A stretch of 64,000 bases of DNA from Dehalococcoidia bacterium. GTDB taxonomy: Bacteria > Chloroflexota > Dehalococcoidia > Lucifugimonadales > UBA3495. The notes beneath the pieces are model-generated. The model ran no database searches. It had not been told where the DNA came from and saw only the letters and a list, made by a program, of their open reading frames with translations. Location: assembly GCA_022823505.1 (NCBI GenBank), contig JAJEIA010000073.1, forward strand, positions 924 through 64,923, in the 5' to 3' direction. Made by a program: the position numbers and the translations under genes. Positions 1 through 10,440 of the stretch are shown here, in pieces (position 1 is the first letter of the stretch; the number at the start of each line of letters is the position of its first letter).

Positions 1-1
1 C

Positions 2-628
2 CGCCTGCTCGGCGTCAACCGCATCGTCTACGCCAGTTCCGTAGCCGTCAGCGGCCAGCAATCCAACTTCGGCGAACGCGAGATCAACGAGGACGAGGGG
101 ACCTACGGCGATAGCCAGTACGCGACGCACAAGATCTTCAACGAGTTCCAGGCCAAGATGTTCAACGAGAACTACGGCATGAGTATCACCGGGATCCGGC
201 CGGCCAACGTCACCGGGCCGGACAAGGTGCGCGGCTCGGTGGACCACGTGCGCTGCGTCACCCTGCCTTCCCGCGGCGAGCCGGTCAGTTTCCCGTACCA
301 GGAAATGATGCGCCTCCCCATCCATGTGGAAGACATCGCCGAGGCTTTCGTGCGGGTGTCCCTGGTGGACCACAGCGAATATCAGGTGTACAACTCCGGC
401 GGCACACCCATCAGCCTGGGCGACCTGGCCGAGATGGTGCGCGGCTACCTGCCCGACGCCCAGATCTCCTTTGACAACCCCGGTGGGCGCGAGCATTCCG
501 GCAACTTCCTGGTGGACAACAGCCGCCTGCTCACCGAGTTCGAGCTGTCCTACCCGCCGCTGCAGCAGCGGGTCCTGGAGATCATCAACGAGGTGCGCGC
601 CGACGAGGGGTTGCCGCTGGTGGGTTAG
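2..628 (+). CDS. NAD-dependent epimerase/dehydratase family protein (extended SDR), 3' part; 5' end outside window
   Basis: Frame of ORF 158..628 stays open to the window edge. The upstream translation contains the SDR catalytic YxxxK (YATHK). The C-terminal substrate-binding-type domain follows. Confidence 0.75.
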   Translation, partial: RLLGVNRIVYASSVAVSGQQSNFGEREINEDEGTYGDSQYATHKIFNEFQAKMFNENYGMSITGIRPANVTGPDKVRGSVDHVRCVTLPSRGEPVSFPYQEMMRLPIHVEDIAEAFVRVSLVDHSEYQVYNSGGTPISLGDLAEMVRGYLPDAQISFDNPGGREHSGNFLVDNSRLLTEFELSYPPLQQRVLEIINEVRADEGLPLVG

Positions 629-669
629 CGAACCAAGGCCAGAGTTTCATTCAATACCGGAACAGCGCG

Positions 670-697
670 GGGCCGCCATCAGGCGGCCCATTTGGTT
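670..697 (+). terminator. GC hairpin between convergent genes, possible intrinsic terminator
   Basis: GGGCCGCC-atca-GGCGGCCC (670-689) followed by ATTTGGTT. It sits between the stop at 628 (+) and the stop at 696 (-). Confidence 0.4.
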
Positions 698-2264
698 AGG
701 AACGACTCGTGGCGTAGGGCAGGTGTTCGCCAATGTAGCCGACAATGAAAGTCTCGGTTACATCGTCGCGATCGAAGTAGATTTGGAGACCACCACTCGA
801 CCCCTGGTAGGTGAGATGCCGGGTGATTGTTACCTGGCGGCCATTGTCCTGGTCACTGAATGAACGCTTTTCCCCAAATCGGGACATCGTGAAGCCGGAC
901 TCATCATCTGCATGTTTCCAACCAGGCAGGTCAACAAAGTACATGTTCCAGGTTCCGATATGCCCTGATGGGGTGTTGTACCAGGCTTGAGCGAGCTTGT
1001 TGATGGCGTCCAGGGCCTTCAATATCTCCACACCGTTGGGCCGTGGTTTGCCGTAATCTTCCAGCGGCTTGAGACAGTTAGTCAGGAAACGCAGTCTGGG
1101 AAACCGCTGATCACGGTCAATGGCACTCATCACGGTCAGTGCGCGGTTAACGTCCAGATCGGCGGCAACGTGATTGTCCGAGGTATCGTTCCGGGCTTCC
1201 TCCGACGTCTCATCGGGATAGTCTGCTTCTAATTTTGCCAGGCGCTCCTGCAATTCGGTGATGGTCGCTTCCGCTTCGTTGAGTTGGTCTTCGAGAAGAT
1301 AGATACGCTGCTGGGTTGCCGTATCCTCGATAGGTACGTTTGCCTCGATTGCCGGCTCGGGCGGGGACACCGTCGATGCATCTGCCTCGAACTTGGCAAC
1401 CGTCAGCATTGAATCGTTGAGAATCGAGGACACGGACTCCAGCATTCTCATCAGAGCCAGAGAATTGCCATTGGCAATATCGTTGACAGCACGATCGTGT
1501 GCTTCGTCCAGGAAGGCAGCCGATTGCTCGCAGTCGGTTTCCGCCAACCGCAGGCGGATGCCCTCGGAGTCGGCATAACGAGAAAAGACGGCGACTTTAG
1601 CCTGCACCCAAGCCCGCAGTTGGTGGTCAGGCAGTTCACCGCTGATCGCCAGTTGCTCCGCAGCGTTGATGTTGACGACGGATGCCCAATCCTTGTGCCG
1701 GTCGACCAGTTCCAGGAACTCGTCGCTCGTTTTCCCCCGCTCGGTCAGCACGACCGCGGTATCGTAAATTCCGAACAGGTCAGCGATGGTTGTTACCGGC
1801 TGCGGTCTGTCTCCGGCATCTGAGGACAGTGAGCGATCAGCGCCAATGGATTCGAACAACCTATCCAGGTTCGCCGGACCGGTTTTGTCATCCCAGGGCA
1901 ACTGTTTGTCCAGCCACGCATCAGGAGCCGTAGACACCGCCATACAATGCCCGCCGTATCGATCTGTTTCGGACGACACGTACGTCATGATGTAAGCGGC
2001 ATAAGTTTCGTATTCGGGTGAATGCTGATAACGGACGCTGCACAGCTGCGCTTGTTTGAAGGTATCGATCATCAGCTCAACGATACGAATGGTGAGGTTA
2101 TCGTTGCGCCATTCCCGAAATGGGTCCGAACCATCCAAAGCCTGTAGGGCTTGCCCGCGAAGATTTCCCGCGTGCGCGATAGCCCATTCGCGGGCGAGAC
2201 TCTCCGCGTTGCAGATCTGATCCTGACCGTCCAGCACGATGGCCCGTTGTGTAATGGTCGCCAT
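696..2264 (-). CDS. hypothetical protein, 522 aa, central coiled coil, no recognised family
   Basis: Long ORF 696..2282. Preferred start is ATG 2264 (MATITQ...), 8 nt after GAGGAA. Codons are visibly more A/T-rich than in neighbouring genes. Coiled-coil stretch: QQRIYLLEDQLNEAEATITELQERLAKLEADY. Confidence 0.7.
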   Translation of the reverse strand: MATITQRAIVLDGQDQICNAESLAREWAIAHAGNLRGQALQALDGSDPFREWRNDNLTIRIVELMIDTFKQAQLCSVRYQHSPEYETYAAYIMTYVSSETDRYGGHCMAVSTAPDAWLDKQLPWDDKTGPANLDRLFESIGADRSLSSDAGDRPQPVTTIADLFGIYDTAVVLTERGKTSDEFLELVDRHKDWASVVNINAAEQLAISGELPDHQLRAWVQAKVAVFSRYADSEGIRLRLAETDCEQSAAFLDEAHDRAVNDIANGNSLALMRMLESVSSILNDSMLTVAKFEADASTVSPPEPAIEANVPIEDTATQQRIYLLEDQLNEAEATITELQERLAKLEADYPDETSEEARNDTSDNHVAADLDVNRALTVMSAIDRDQRFPRLRFLTNCLKPLEDYGKPRPNGVEILKALDAINKLAQAWYNTPSGHIGTWNMYFVDLPGWKHADDESGFTMSRFGEKRSFSDQDNGRQVTITRHLTYQGSSGGLQIYFDRDDVTETFIVGYIGEHLPYATSRS

Positions 2265-2335
2265 GCAATTGTTCCTCGTCATCGGCGGTGAGATGGTGGC
2301 AAATCAATTATAGCCCCGCCCTACTCGGCCGTCGC

Positions 2336-2364
2336 TTGCCGCCGCCGGCCATCGCCCATATAAT
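2336..2364 (+). promoter_or_regulatory. sigma70-like promoter candidate for the LLM operon
   Basis: TTGCCG (2336-2341), 17-nt spacer, TATAAT (2359-2364). It lies about 120 nt upstream of ATG 2488, which is preceded by AGGAGGAGG. Confidence 0.45.
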
Positions 2365-2487
2365 GCGCCCATCACCGTTCAACGCCCCAGTTCCGGCGCA
2401 ATTCGCATGACGCCCTGGGTTCGGATTCCGCGCGCAGTCGCTTTCCCCGACCCTGACGCCTGAAACGAACCAGGAGGAGGCTCCCCA

Positions 2488-3660
2488 ATGGCACTACCCG
2501 ACCGCTTGAAGTTTGGCATTTTTATGGGCCCGTTCCACCGCGCTGGCGAAAATCCGACCCTGGCGCTCGAACGCGACATGGAGCTGGTCCAGTGGCTGGA
2601 CTACCTGGGCTTTGACGAGGCCTGGATCGGCGAGCACCACAGCGCCGGTTGGGAGATCATCTCCTCGCCCGAGATCTTCATCGGCGTGGCCGCCGACCGC
2701 ACCAAGCACATCAAGCTGGGGACCGGCGTGGTCAGCCTCCCCTATCACCACCCGTTCATGGTCGCCAACTGGATGACCCAACTCGACCACATGACCCGCG
2801 GCCGCGTCATGCTCGGCGTGGGTCCCGGCGCTCTGCCCGGCGACGCCTACATGATGGGCATCGACCCGACCAAGCAGCGCCTCCGCATGGACGAAGCCCT
2901 CGGTGTCATCATGCGGCTGTTCACCGAAAAGGAACCGATCACGCACAAGAGCGACTGGTTCGAGCTGAACGAGGCAATGCTCCAGCTGCGCCCGTACCAG
3001 ACCCCGCACATGCCCGTCTCGGTGGCCTCGGTCCAGACCCCGTCCGGCGTTGCCCTTGCCGGCAAGCACGGCGCGTCGGTGCTGACCATCACCACGCCGC
3101 GCGACCCCAAGGTCCCGCAGGGTGCCGCTCTCCACGAACTGTGGGACATCTGCGAGGAATCGGCCGCGGAGCACAACCAGACCGTGGACCGCTTCGAATG
3201 GCGGCTGGTATTGCCCGTCCACCTGGCCGACACCAAGAAGGAGGCATTCGAGCAGGCCCGCATCGGCGCCGGTCGTTACCAGCGCGAGTATTTCGAGCAC
3301 ACCATGGGCCGCCCGCAGATCGTCGACGGCCCGCCCGAAAAGATCATCGACGTCATGGCCGAGCGCGGCGCCTGGATCATCGGCACCCCCGACGACTGCA
3401 TCGAAGGTATCCAGCGCCTGGAGGAGATGAGCGGCGGGTTCGGCGCCTTCATGGTACAGACCGTGGACTGGGCCGCCCGCGAGCACATGCTGCATAGCTA
3501 CGAGCTCATGGCTCGCCATGTCATGCCCCACTTCCAGGGCAGCGCGCAGGCAACCATCGCGTCCAACCAGTGGGCCTACGAGCGCCACGAGACTCTCCAG
3601 GCCGGCCGCACCCGTGCACTGGACCGTGCTCGCGAAGACTACGTCTCTCGAAACGCCTAG
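2488..3660 (+). CDS. LLM-class (luciferase-like) flavin-dependent monooxygenase
   Basis: N-terminus LKFGIFMGPFH...GFDEAWIGEHHS...LGTGVVSLPYHHP is typical of the LLM / limonene-1,2-monooxygenase-like family. Strong SD upstream. Confidence 0.88.
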   Translation: MALPDRLKFGIFMGPFHRAGENPTLALERDMELVQWLDYLGFDEAWIGEHHSAGWEIISSPEIFIGVAADRTKHIKLGTGVVSLPYHHPFMVANWMTQLDHMTRGRVMLGVGPGALPGDAYMMGIDPTKQRLRMDEALGVIMRLFTEKEPITHKSDWFELNEAMLQLRPYQTPHMPVSVASVQTPSGVALAGKHGASVLTITTPRDPKVPQGAALHELWDICEESAAEHNQTVDRFEWRLVLPVHLADTKKEAFEQARIGAGRYQREYFEHTMGRPQIVDGPPEKIIDVMAERGAWIIGTPDDCIEGIQRLEEMSGGFGAFMVQTVDWAAREHMLHSYELMARHVMPHFQGSAQATIASNQWAYERHETLQAGRTRALDRAREDYVSRNA

Positions 3661-3681
3661 CGACGATTCACTGCCTAAAAA

Positions 3682-3718
3682 AGCCGCCGGAATACGTCAC
3701 GCACGCTTTCCGGCGGCT
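3682..3718. other. 11-bp stem hairpin between LLM and esterase genes
   Basis: AGCCGCCGGAA (3682-3692) pairs with TTCCGGCGGCT (3708-3718), 15-nt loop. An A-run precedes it and no T-run follows, so it is not a canonical + strand terminator. Confidence 0.35.
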
Positions 3719-3754
3719 CTAACTATAGTAGACCAACTCAGGTGGAGGCCTAAC

Positions 3755-5719
<1,965 letters not shown>

Positions 5720-5748
5720 CCCGCGACACCGTCACAGGAGTTACTACC

Positions 5749-7089
5749 ATGGCTGAAACCATCCAGGAACAGTACATCCGCATGAACCCCCGTTCGCGGG
5801 AACTGCAGCCCAGCTACCAGGCACGGTTCCCTTCGGGCAGCCCGGGACACGACGGGTACACTTCTGATCCTTTCCCCGTGGTCATTGCCCGGGGCAGTGG
5901 ACCTCGCAAGTGGGACATCGACGGCAATGAGTACGTCGACTACGGCATGGGATCCGCGTCCCTCCTGCTGGGACACGCTCACCCTGAGGTCGTTGCCGCG
6001 CTGTCCGGCGTCCTGGCCGACGGCTCGCACTACGGAGCGCCCACGGAGTCGATGTTGGAATGGGGCGAGCGCGTCTGCACCCTCATGCCCTGCGTCGACA
6101 AGGTGCGTTTCGTGGGATCAGGCGCGGAAGCTACCATGCTGGCCATGCGCGTTGCTCGCGCCTACACTGGCAAGGAGAAGATAATCCGGTGGGAGTCCCA
6201 CTACCACGGCTGGCATGATTATGTAATGCCCGGCAACCTCCCGCCCTTCGACGTGCCGGCTTCCATTGGCATCCCCCAGGGCACCATCGACTCCATTATC
6301 GTGCTGCCCACCGACTTGGCCGCGTTGGAAAACGCCCTGAATAGCGACGACAACATCGCCGGCGTCATCACCGAGGCATCGGGCGCGTCCTACGGCACGG
6401 TGCCACTGCCCGACGGTTTCCTGGATGGCGTCCGCAAGCTCACCCGCGAGCATGGCGTGGTAATGATCCTCGACGAAGTGATCACCGGATTCCGGTGGGC
6501 GCCGGGCGGCGCCCAGGAACGCCTGGGAATCGACACCGACCTGTGCACCATGGCCAAGATCATCACCGGCGGACTGCCCGGTGGGGCCGTGGGCGGACGG
6601 GACGAGATGATGGCCGTCATGCACCAGACCGGCGACAGTCACCACGACCGCTACGAGCGGGTCCTGCACGGCGGCACCTTCAACGCCAATCCGTACGCCG
6701 CGGCGTCCGGCAACGCCGCGCTGCGACTGGTCGCCACCGGCGAGTACAACGCCCAGGCGGACCTGATGGCCGAACGCCTGCGGGTCGGTCTGCGCGAAGT
6801 CGTGGACCGGCGCGAGGTGAACGCCACCGTCTACGGTGAAGCGTCGACCTTCCACCTGTTCTTCGGCGCCCGAAGCATCGACGGCCTGGACGCGTCCAGC
6901 CTGAAGAACCAGCCCGCAGACATCCAGCGCACCCTGCGCCAGGCGCTGCAGGTCCGCGGAGTTGACCTGATGTCCCGCACCAGCGGCGTCTTGTCCGGCA
7001 CCCATACGGAAGCCGATATCGACTTCACCATCGAGGCCTTCGACGGCGCCATCGCCGCCATGATGGACGAGGGCCTGGTTCAGCACTGA
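5749..7089 (+). CDS. class III aminotransferase (glutamate-1-semialdehyde 2,1-aminomutase-like)
   Basis: MAETIQEQY... start at ATG 5749 after CAGGAG. Motifs GSGAEATMLAMRVARAYTG and ILDEVITGFR...MAKIITGG (PLP-Lys region). Confidence 0.85.
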   Translation: MAETIQEQYIRMNPRSRELQPSYQARFPSGSPGHDGYTSDPFPVVIARGSGPRKWDIDGNEYVDYGMGSASLLLGHAHPEVVAALSGVLADGSHYGAPTESMLEWGERVCTLMPCVDKVRFVGSGAEATMLAMRVARAYTGKEKIIRWESHYHGWHDYVMPGNLPPFDVPASIGIPQGTIDSIIVLPTDLAALENALNSDDNIAGVITEASGASYGTVPLPDGFLDGVRKLTREHGVVMILDEVITGFRWAPGGAQERLGIDTDLCTMAKIITGGLPGGAVGGRDEMMAVMHQTGDSHHDRYERVLHGGTFNANPYAAASGNAALRLVATGEYNAQADLMAERLRVGLREVVDRREVNATVYGEASTFHLFFGARSIDGLDASSLKNQPADIQRTLRQALQVRGVDLMSRTSGVLSGTHTEADIDFTIEAFDGAIAAMMDEGLVQH

Positions 7090-7121
7090 TAGCTAAGACA
7101 AAGGCCGCGTCAGCGGGGAAA

Positions 7122-7154
7122 GGCGAGCCGTTTTCGCACGGCTCGCCCTTTTTT
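7122..7154 (+). terminator. rho-independent terminator
   Basis: GGCGAGCCG-ttttcgca-CGGCTCGCC followed by CTTTTTT. It lies 33 nt after stop 7089 and just before the stop of minus-strand hicA. Confidence 0.8.
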
Positions 7155-7162
7155 GCAAAACC

Positions 7163-7402
7163 TTACTGCGCGTCTATCAGTCTTTCGAGACCAGCCCGAC
7201 CGAGGCCGGTTTGCTTGACACTCAGGATAGCTCCTAGGGTGGAGCTCGTCAGCGGTGTCGACTTGTCCGGCACAACCGTTGACCTCGGCCGTTCTTCGCC
7301 GGGAAATTGTTTGTAATAAAACACTCCGTGGGTACGTCTGCCCCCGCTGATCGAACCATCGTGTTCCAGCAACCGCATTAACTCCCGCCCGGAGACATTC
7401 AT
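7163..7402 (-). CDS. hicA: HicA-family mRNA interferase toxin
   Basis: 79 aa. SGRELMRLLEHDG...THGVFYY...TLGAILSVKQTGL matches the HicA/YcfA pattern. ATGA overlap with the upstream hicB-like gene. Confidence 0.75.
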   Translation of the reverse strand: MNVSGRELMRLLEHDGSISGGRRTHGVFYYKQFPGEERPRSTVVPDKSTPLTSSTLGAILSVKQTGLGRAGLERLIDAQ

Positions 7403-7713
7403 GAGATAGCAAAGCCGGACTGCTTAGGCAATTTCGTAGGCACAACCTCCACGTCGTTGTCAACCAGATATCCCTGGACATCAGAAATGCGATCAACCTC
7501 GTTTAGTTGCAGCTCAACCGCATCCTTCAATTCCGTTTGCGTCTGTTCCAGCGTTTCGGCGCAGGTCGCAGTGCCCAGTTCAGTGCAAATGCCAACCCAC
7601 TGCCCCTCTTCTTCGTGGTAGGCAAACGTGAGTTTGATGGTGTAATCAGTGATGCCGGAATTATCAGTGTGCGTAACTACGATGGTTTCCCGTATAGCGG
7701 TGGGATCTAGCAT
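7399..7713 (-). CDS. hicB: HicB-like antitoxin (UPF0150 fold), no obvious DNA-binding tail
   Basis: YHEEEGQWVGICTELGTATCAETLEQTQTELKDAVELQL resembles the HicB N-terminal domain. ATG 7713 lies 8 nt after GGGAGG. Lower GC than flanks. Confidence 0.7.
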   Translation of the reverse strand: MLDPTAIRETIVVTHTDNSGITDYTIKLTFAYHEEEGQWVGICTELGTATCAETLEQTQTELKDAVELQLNEVDRISDVQGYLVDNDVEVVPTKLPKQSGFAIS

Positions 7714-7746
7714 CAATCTTGCCTCCCAGCTTTAGCATCGGAAGAA

Positions 7747-8520
7747 TCATACCACTGCCACCTCGTCACCCACGCGCACCCGGCCGGGCTTCTCCACAAT
7801 GCCATACACCCCGAAGTACGCCGCCAGGGCATTGGGCCGGTAGCCCAGGATCGACCTCACCGCCTCGGTATCGGTCTCGCCGGTCACCGGATCCTGGTCG
7901 ATGATGGCGCAACGCGGGTCCGGCGCCAGGACACGCACCACGGCATCGCCGATGGATATGGTGCGATTCATCCAGCCGTCTTCCTCGTGTTCCTCGCAGC
8001 CATCCAGCAGCAGGGTCGGCCGGAACCGGTCGGTCGCCAGGCACTCGTCCTGCGCCATACCCATCTGCGTCGACAGGCGCTCCACCGACGCGCGGGACAG
8101 GATCGACACCGGGAATTCGTCGAACACCTGGCACGGAAGAACCGACATCATCAGCATGGCCGGCTGCCCGCAGAACTCGCTGATGGCCCGCATCCAGTCG
8201 CCCATCAGCGCACGGCTGCGCACTCGACGGCCCCATATGATCGTCCAGACCGGACGGTCCAGTTCGGGTGTCCCTTCCAGCACCGTGCCATCCGGAAAGG
8301 CGATTCGCAGCCGCTCCGTTACCGGATCCCACGACGCCACCAACTGCGCCAGCTTGCCTACGTTGCGACGTGAGAGTAGACGGCCCTGCTGGTTCACCAG
8401 GTAGAACCGCCGGTCGTCCAGGATACCGCCCAGGTCCAGCGTCGCCTCGGTCAGCGGCGCCAGCGCCATGGACTTCACCGGCGCAATGTTGATTTCGGCA
8501 ACGGTAATCACGGGCGTCAC
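7747..8520 (-). CDS. MOSC domain-containing protein (N-terminal beta-barrel + MOSC)
   Basis: INIAPVKSMA...DRRFYLV... then DRFRPTLLLDG...CAIIDQDPVTGE, typical of MOSC/mARC-like sulfurase-family proteins. GTGA overlap with the upstream gene. Confidence 0.8.
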   Translation of the reverse strand: MTPVITVAEINIAPVKSMALAPLTEATLDLGGILDDRRFYLVNQQGRLLSRRNVGKLAQLVASWDPVTERLRIAFPDGTVLEGTPELDRPVWTIIWGRRVRSRALMGDWMRAISEFCGQPAMLMMSVLPCQVFDEFPVSILSRASVERLSTQMGMAQDECLATDRFRPTLLLDGCEEHEEDGWMNRTISIGDAVVRVLAPDPRCAIIDQDPVTGETDTEAVRSILGYRPNALAAYFGVYGIVEKPGRVRVGDEVAVV

Positions 8521-9971
8521 TCCAGGGAAAGAAATTCGTCAACCATGTTGCGCGCGTCCGTGCGGTCGTAGATCTGGTACAGCAGTGCCGCGTTCCGTGC
8601 TGCGTCCCCGCCGAAATAGCGCTCGTACAATGTCTGCCGGCCGCCGAACGCGCTGCACGACACGTCCCACGCCAGCCGGAACAGCCGGATCCGCTCCTCG
8701 GCTGTGGCCGTATCGGTGTCCATGTAGCGATGAATGTCCTCGGCCAGCGGTCCGTTCAGGTCGGCCTCGGCCGGCAGCGCCATCAGGCTGCTGGAACCCA
8801 GCAGGTGCAGGATTTCGGCCATGCGAGGGTACATGGTGATCATCTGCTTTCGCGCCACCAGCAATGGCCGGTAGTCGGGGCAGAATATGCCCCACTCGTC
8901 GGTGGACGCCTGGGCTTCCGATGCCGCCAGCAGCGCTTTCGTAATCTCCAGGTTCTCGATCAGCTCGGCGACCAGGTGCTGGGTCTGCGGCAGGTCTCCC
9001 GAACCCAGCGTCTCCACCATCAGCGACGCCAGGCCCAGCATGAACTCGCACTTGACCACGTTCTTGGTGACCACCTGGTGGCCGGTGTGAGCGTTGCGGT
9101 TGGTGCGCTCGCCCCACTGATTGCACAGCGCCACGTCGTTGTACAGGAACACCCGCTCCCAGGGAACCAGCACGTCATCGAAGAAAACGATGGCATCCAT
9201 CTCGTCGAACCGGCTGCCGGCCGGGTGGTCGAAGTGCGAGCGCCCCAGGTCCACCGTGTCCCGGCACTGGAATTTCAGCCCCGGCGTCTCGCACGGAATT
9301 GCGAAACCGAAAGCGAACTTGCCCTCTTCGCCGGCCGGCACCCGGCGGGTGCGCGCCGGGTAAACGGCAATCTCGTCGGACAGCGGGCCAAGGGTCGCCA
9401 GCACCCGCGCCCCGCGCACGACGATGCCGGCGTCGGTTTCCTTCACCACCGACAGCGCCACCTCCGTCCGATCATCGAACGGCGTTTGGCCGACGGAACG
9501 GCTGCGCTGCAGGTTGACCAACGTGTGCGTCATCACGATGTCGTTTTCGCGGATGTACTCGTAGTAGTTTTCGATGTTCCGCTTGAAGTCGGGACGATTC
9601 TGACCGCAATAGTCCGACGCCGCGGCCATGGACATCACCGCCACATTCAGAAAGTCGGGCGTTCGACCCATCATCCCGCACGAGGCCAGGGCCCAGTTCG
9701 ACATCATCTTGCGTCGCCGTTTCAGATCGTCGCCGTCGCGCGGCATGACGAAGGACAGCCCGACCGGGTCGCCGGTGGACGGCGACTCGTAAACCATGTC
9801 GTCCCGCAGGGCCGGATCATGCTGCATGTCCAGTAGCCCGGCCACCGTGCGGAGCCCGCCGGCAAAGGCCGGGTGGGCGGTCACGTCCTTCACCCGCTGC
9901 CCGCCGATGTAGACTTCGGCGGCGCGTTCCCTGATTCCGTCGATGTATTGGGCTCCGGTTCGCGCCGGCAT
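8517..9971 (-). CDS. 4-hydroxyphenylacetate 3-monooxygenase oxygenase-component family (HpaB-like) flavin monooxygenase
   Basis: 484 aa. TGAQYIDGIRE...VYIGGQRVKDVTAHPAF...MGRTPDFLN is typical of the HpaB / 4-hydroxybutyryl-CoA dehydratase superfamily. Confidence 0.8.
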   Translation of the reverse strand: MPARTGAQYIDGIRERAAEVYIGGQRVKDVTAHPAFAGGLRTVAGLLDMQHDPALRDDMVYESPSTGDPVGLSFVMPRDGDDLKRRRKMMSNWALASCGMMGRTPDFLNVAVMSMAAASDYCGQNRPDFKRNIENYYEYIRENDIVMTHTLVNLQRSRSVGQTPFDDRTEVALSVVKETDAGIVVRGARVLATLGPLSDEIAVYPARTRRVPAGEEGKFAFGFAIPCETPGLKFQCRDTVDLGRSHFDHPAGSRFDEMDAIVFFDDVLVPWERVFLYNDVALCNQWGERTNRNAHTGHQVVTKNVVKCEFMLGLASLMVETLGSGDLPQTQHLVAELIENLEITKALLAASEAQASTDEWGIFCPDYRPLLVARKQMITMYPRMAEILHLLGSSSLMALPAEADLNGPLAEDIHRYMDTDTATAEERIRLFRLAWDVSCSAFGGRQTLYERYFGGDAARNAALLYQIYDRTDARNMVDEFLSLE

Positions 9972-10017
9972 GAGTTTTCCTCCGATCCCGTTCAGTTCGC
10001 TTCCAGCCGATTGCCCG

Positions 10018-10428
10018 TCAGACGATCAAGTCGCTGCCTATGGCGCTCACGGCTCGAGGGTGATCGTCCACGGTCAGCGCGATCATTGCGTAGCCGTCAC
10101 GACGGTTGAGGATGTGCATGCTCTGGATGTTGACGCCGGCCTGCTTCAGCCGGTCGGCGGCGCCGGCCAGCGCGCCCGGTTCGTCCGGCAACCGGATGAC
10201 CAGCGCGTCGTCACCCACCGCCTTGAACCCCGCTCCGTTCAGCACGTAAAGGGCCCGGTCGTAGTTGTCCACGGTCAGTACCACGGTGCCCCGGTTTCCG
10301 GCAGTCTCCGCGTTGATTGACTCCACGTTGATCTGTTCGGCCGCCAGCGCGCTCGTGATGTCGGCAATCACTCCGACCTCGTTGTCCGCCATGATGACGA
10401 TTCGATTGATGGGATTGGCCTGATCCAT
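10018..10428 (-). CDS. ACT domain pair protein
   Basis: 136 aa with two ligand-binding ACT-like repeats (NEVGVIADITSALA...; DEPGALAGAADRLKQAGVNIQ). Confidence 0.7.
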   Translation of the reverse strand: MDQANPINRIVIMADNEVGVIADITSALAAEQINVESINAETAGNRGTVVLTVDNYDRALYVLNGAGFKAVGDDALVIRLPDEPGALAGAADRLKQAGVNIQSMHILNRRDGYAMIALTVDDHPRAVSAIGSDLIV

Positions 10429-10440
10429 GGCTAGAACACC

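Noticed and set aside
2494-3588. 364-aa ORF antisense to the LLM monooxygenase gene. It stands for a class of similar long shadow ORFs: 4025..5392, 6118..7086, 8730..9836, 10489..12330, 14012..15376, 16549..17661, 19050..20177, 20654..21925, 21852..23039, 26162..28084, 28707..30068, 33082..34107, 37600..38661, 39563..40729, 56726..57844, 58487..59467, 59567..60388, 61866..63410.
   Set aside because: They are typical high-GC antisense or out-of-frame open frames. Each fully overlaps a gene with clear family motifs. Their translations are Arg/Gly/Pro/Ala-rich, low-complexity, and carry no recognisable domains.
3518-3754. 5' extensions of track ORFs. The cases are 3518.. for the esterase, 4828.. 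for the aminotransferase, 13613.. for AOR, 15587..16738 for rsmG, 21762.. for degV, 25390..26460 for the regulator, 48195..48950 for nrdR and 61360..61818 for DUF59.
   Set aside because: The extensions overlap the preceding gene or consist of low-complexity Arg/Pro sequence. Internal starts with Shine-Dalgarno motifs coincide with the conserved N-termini of the families.
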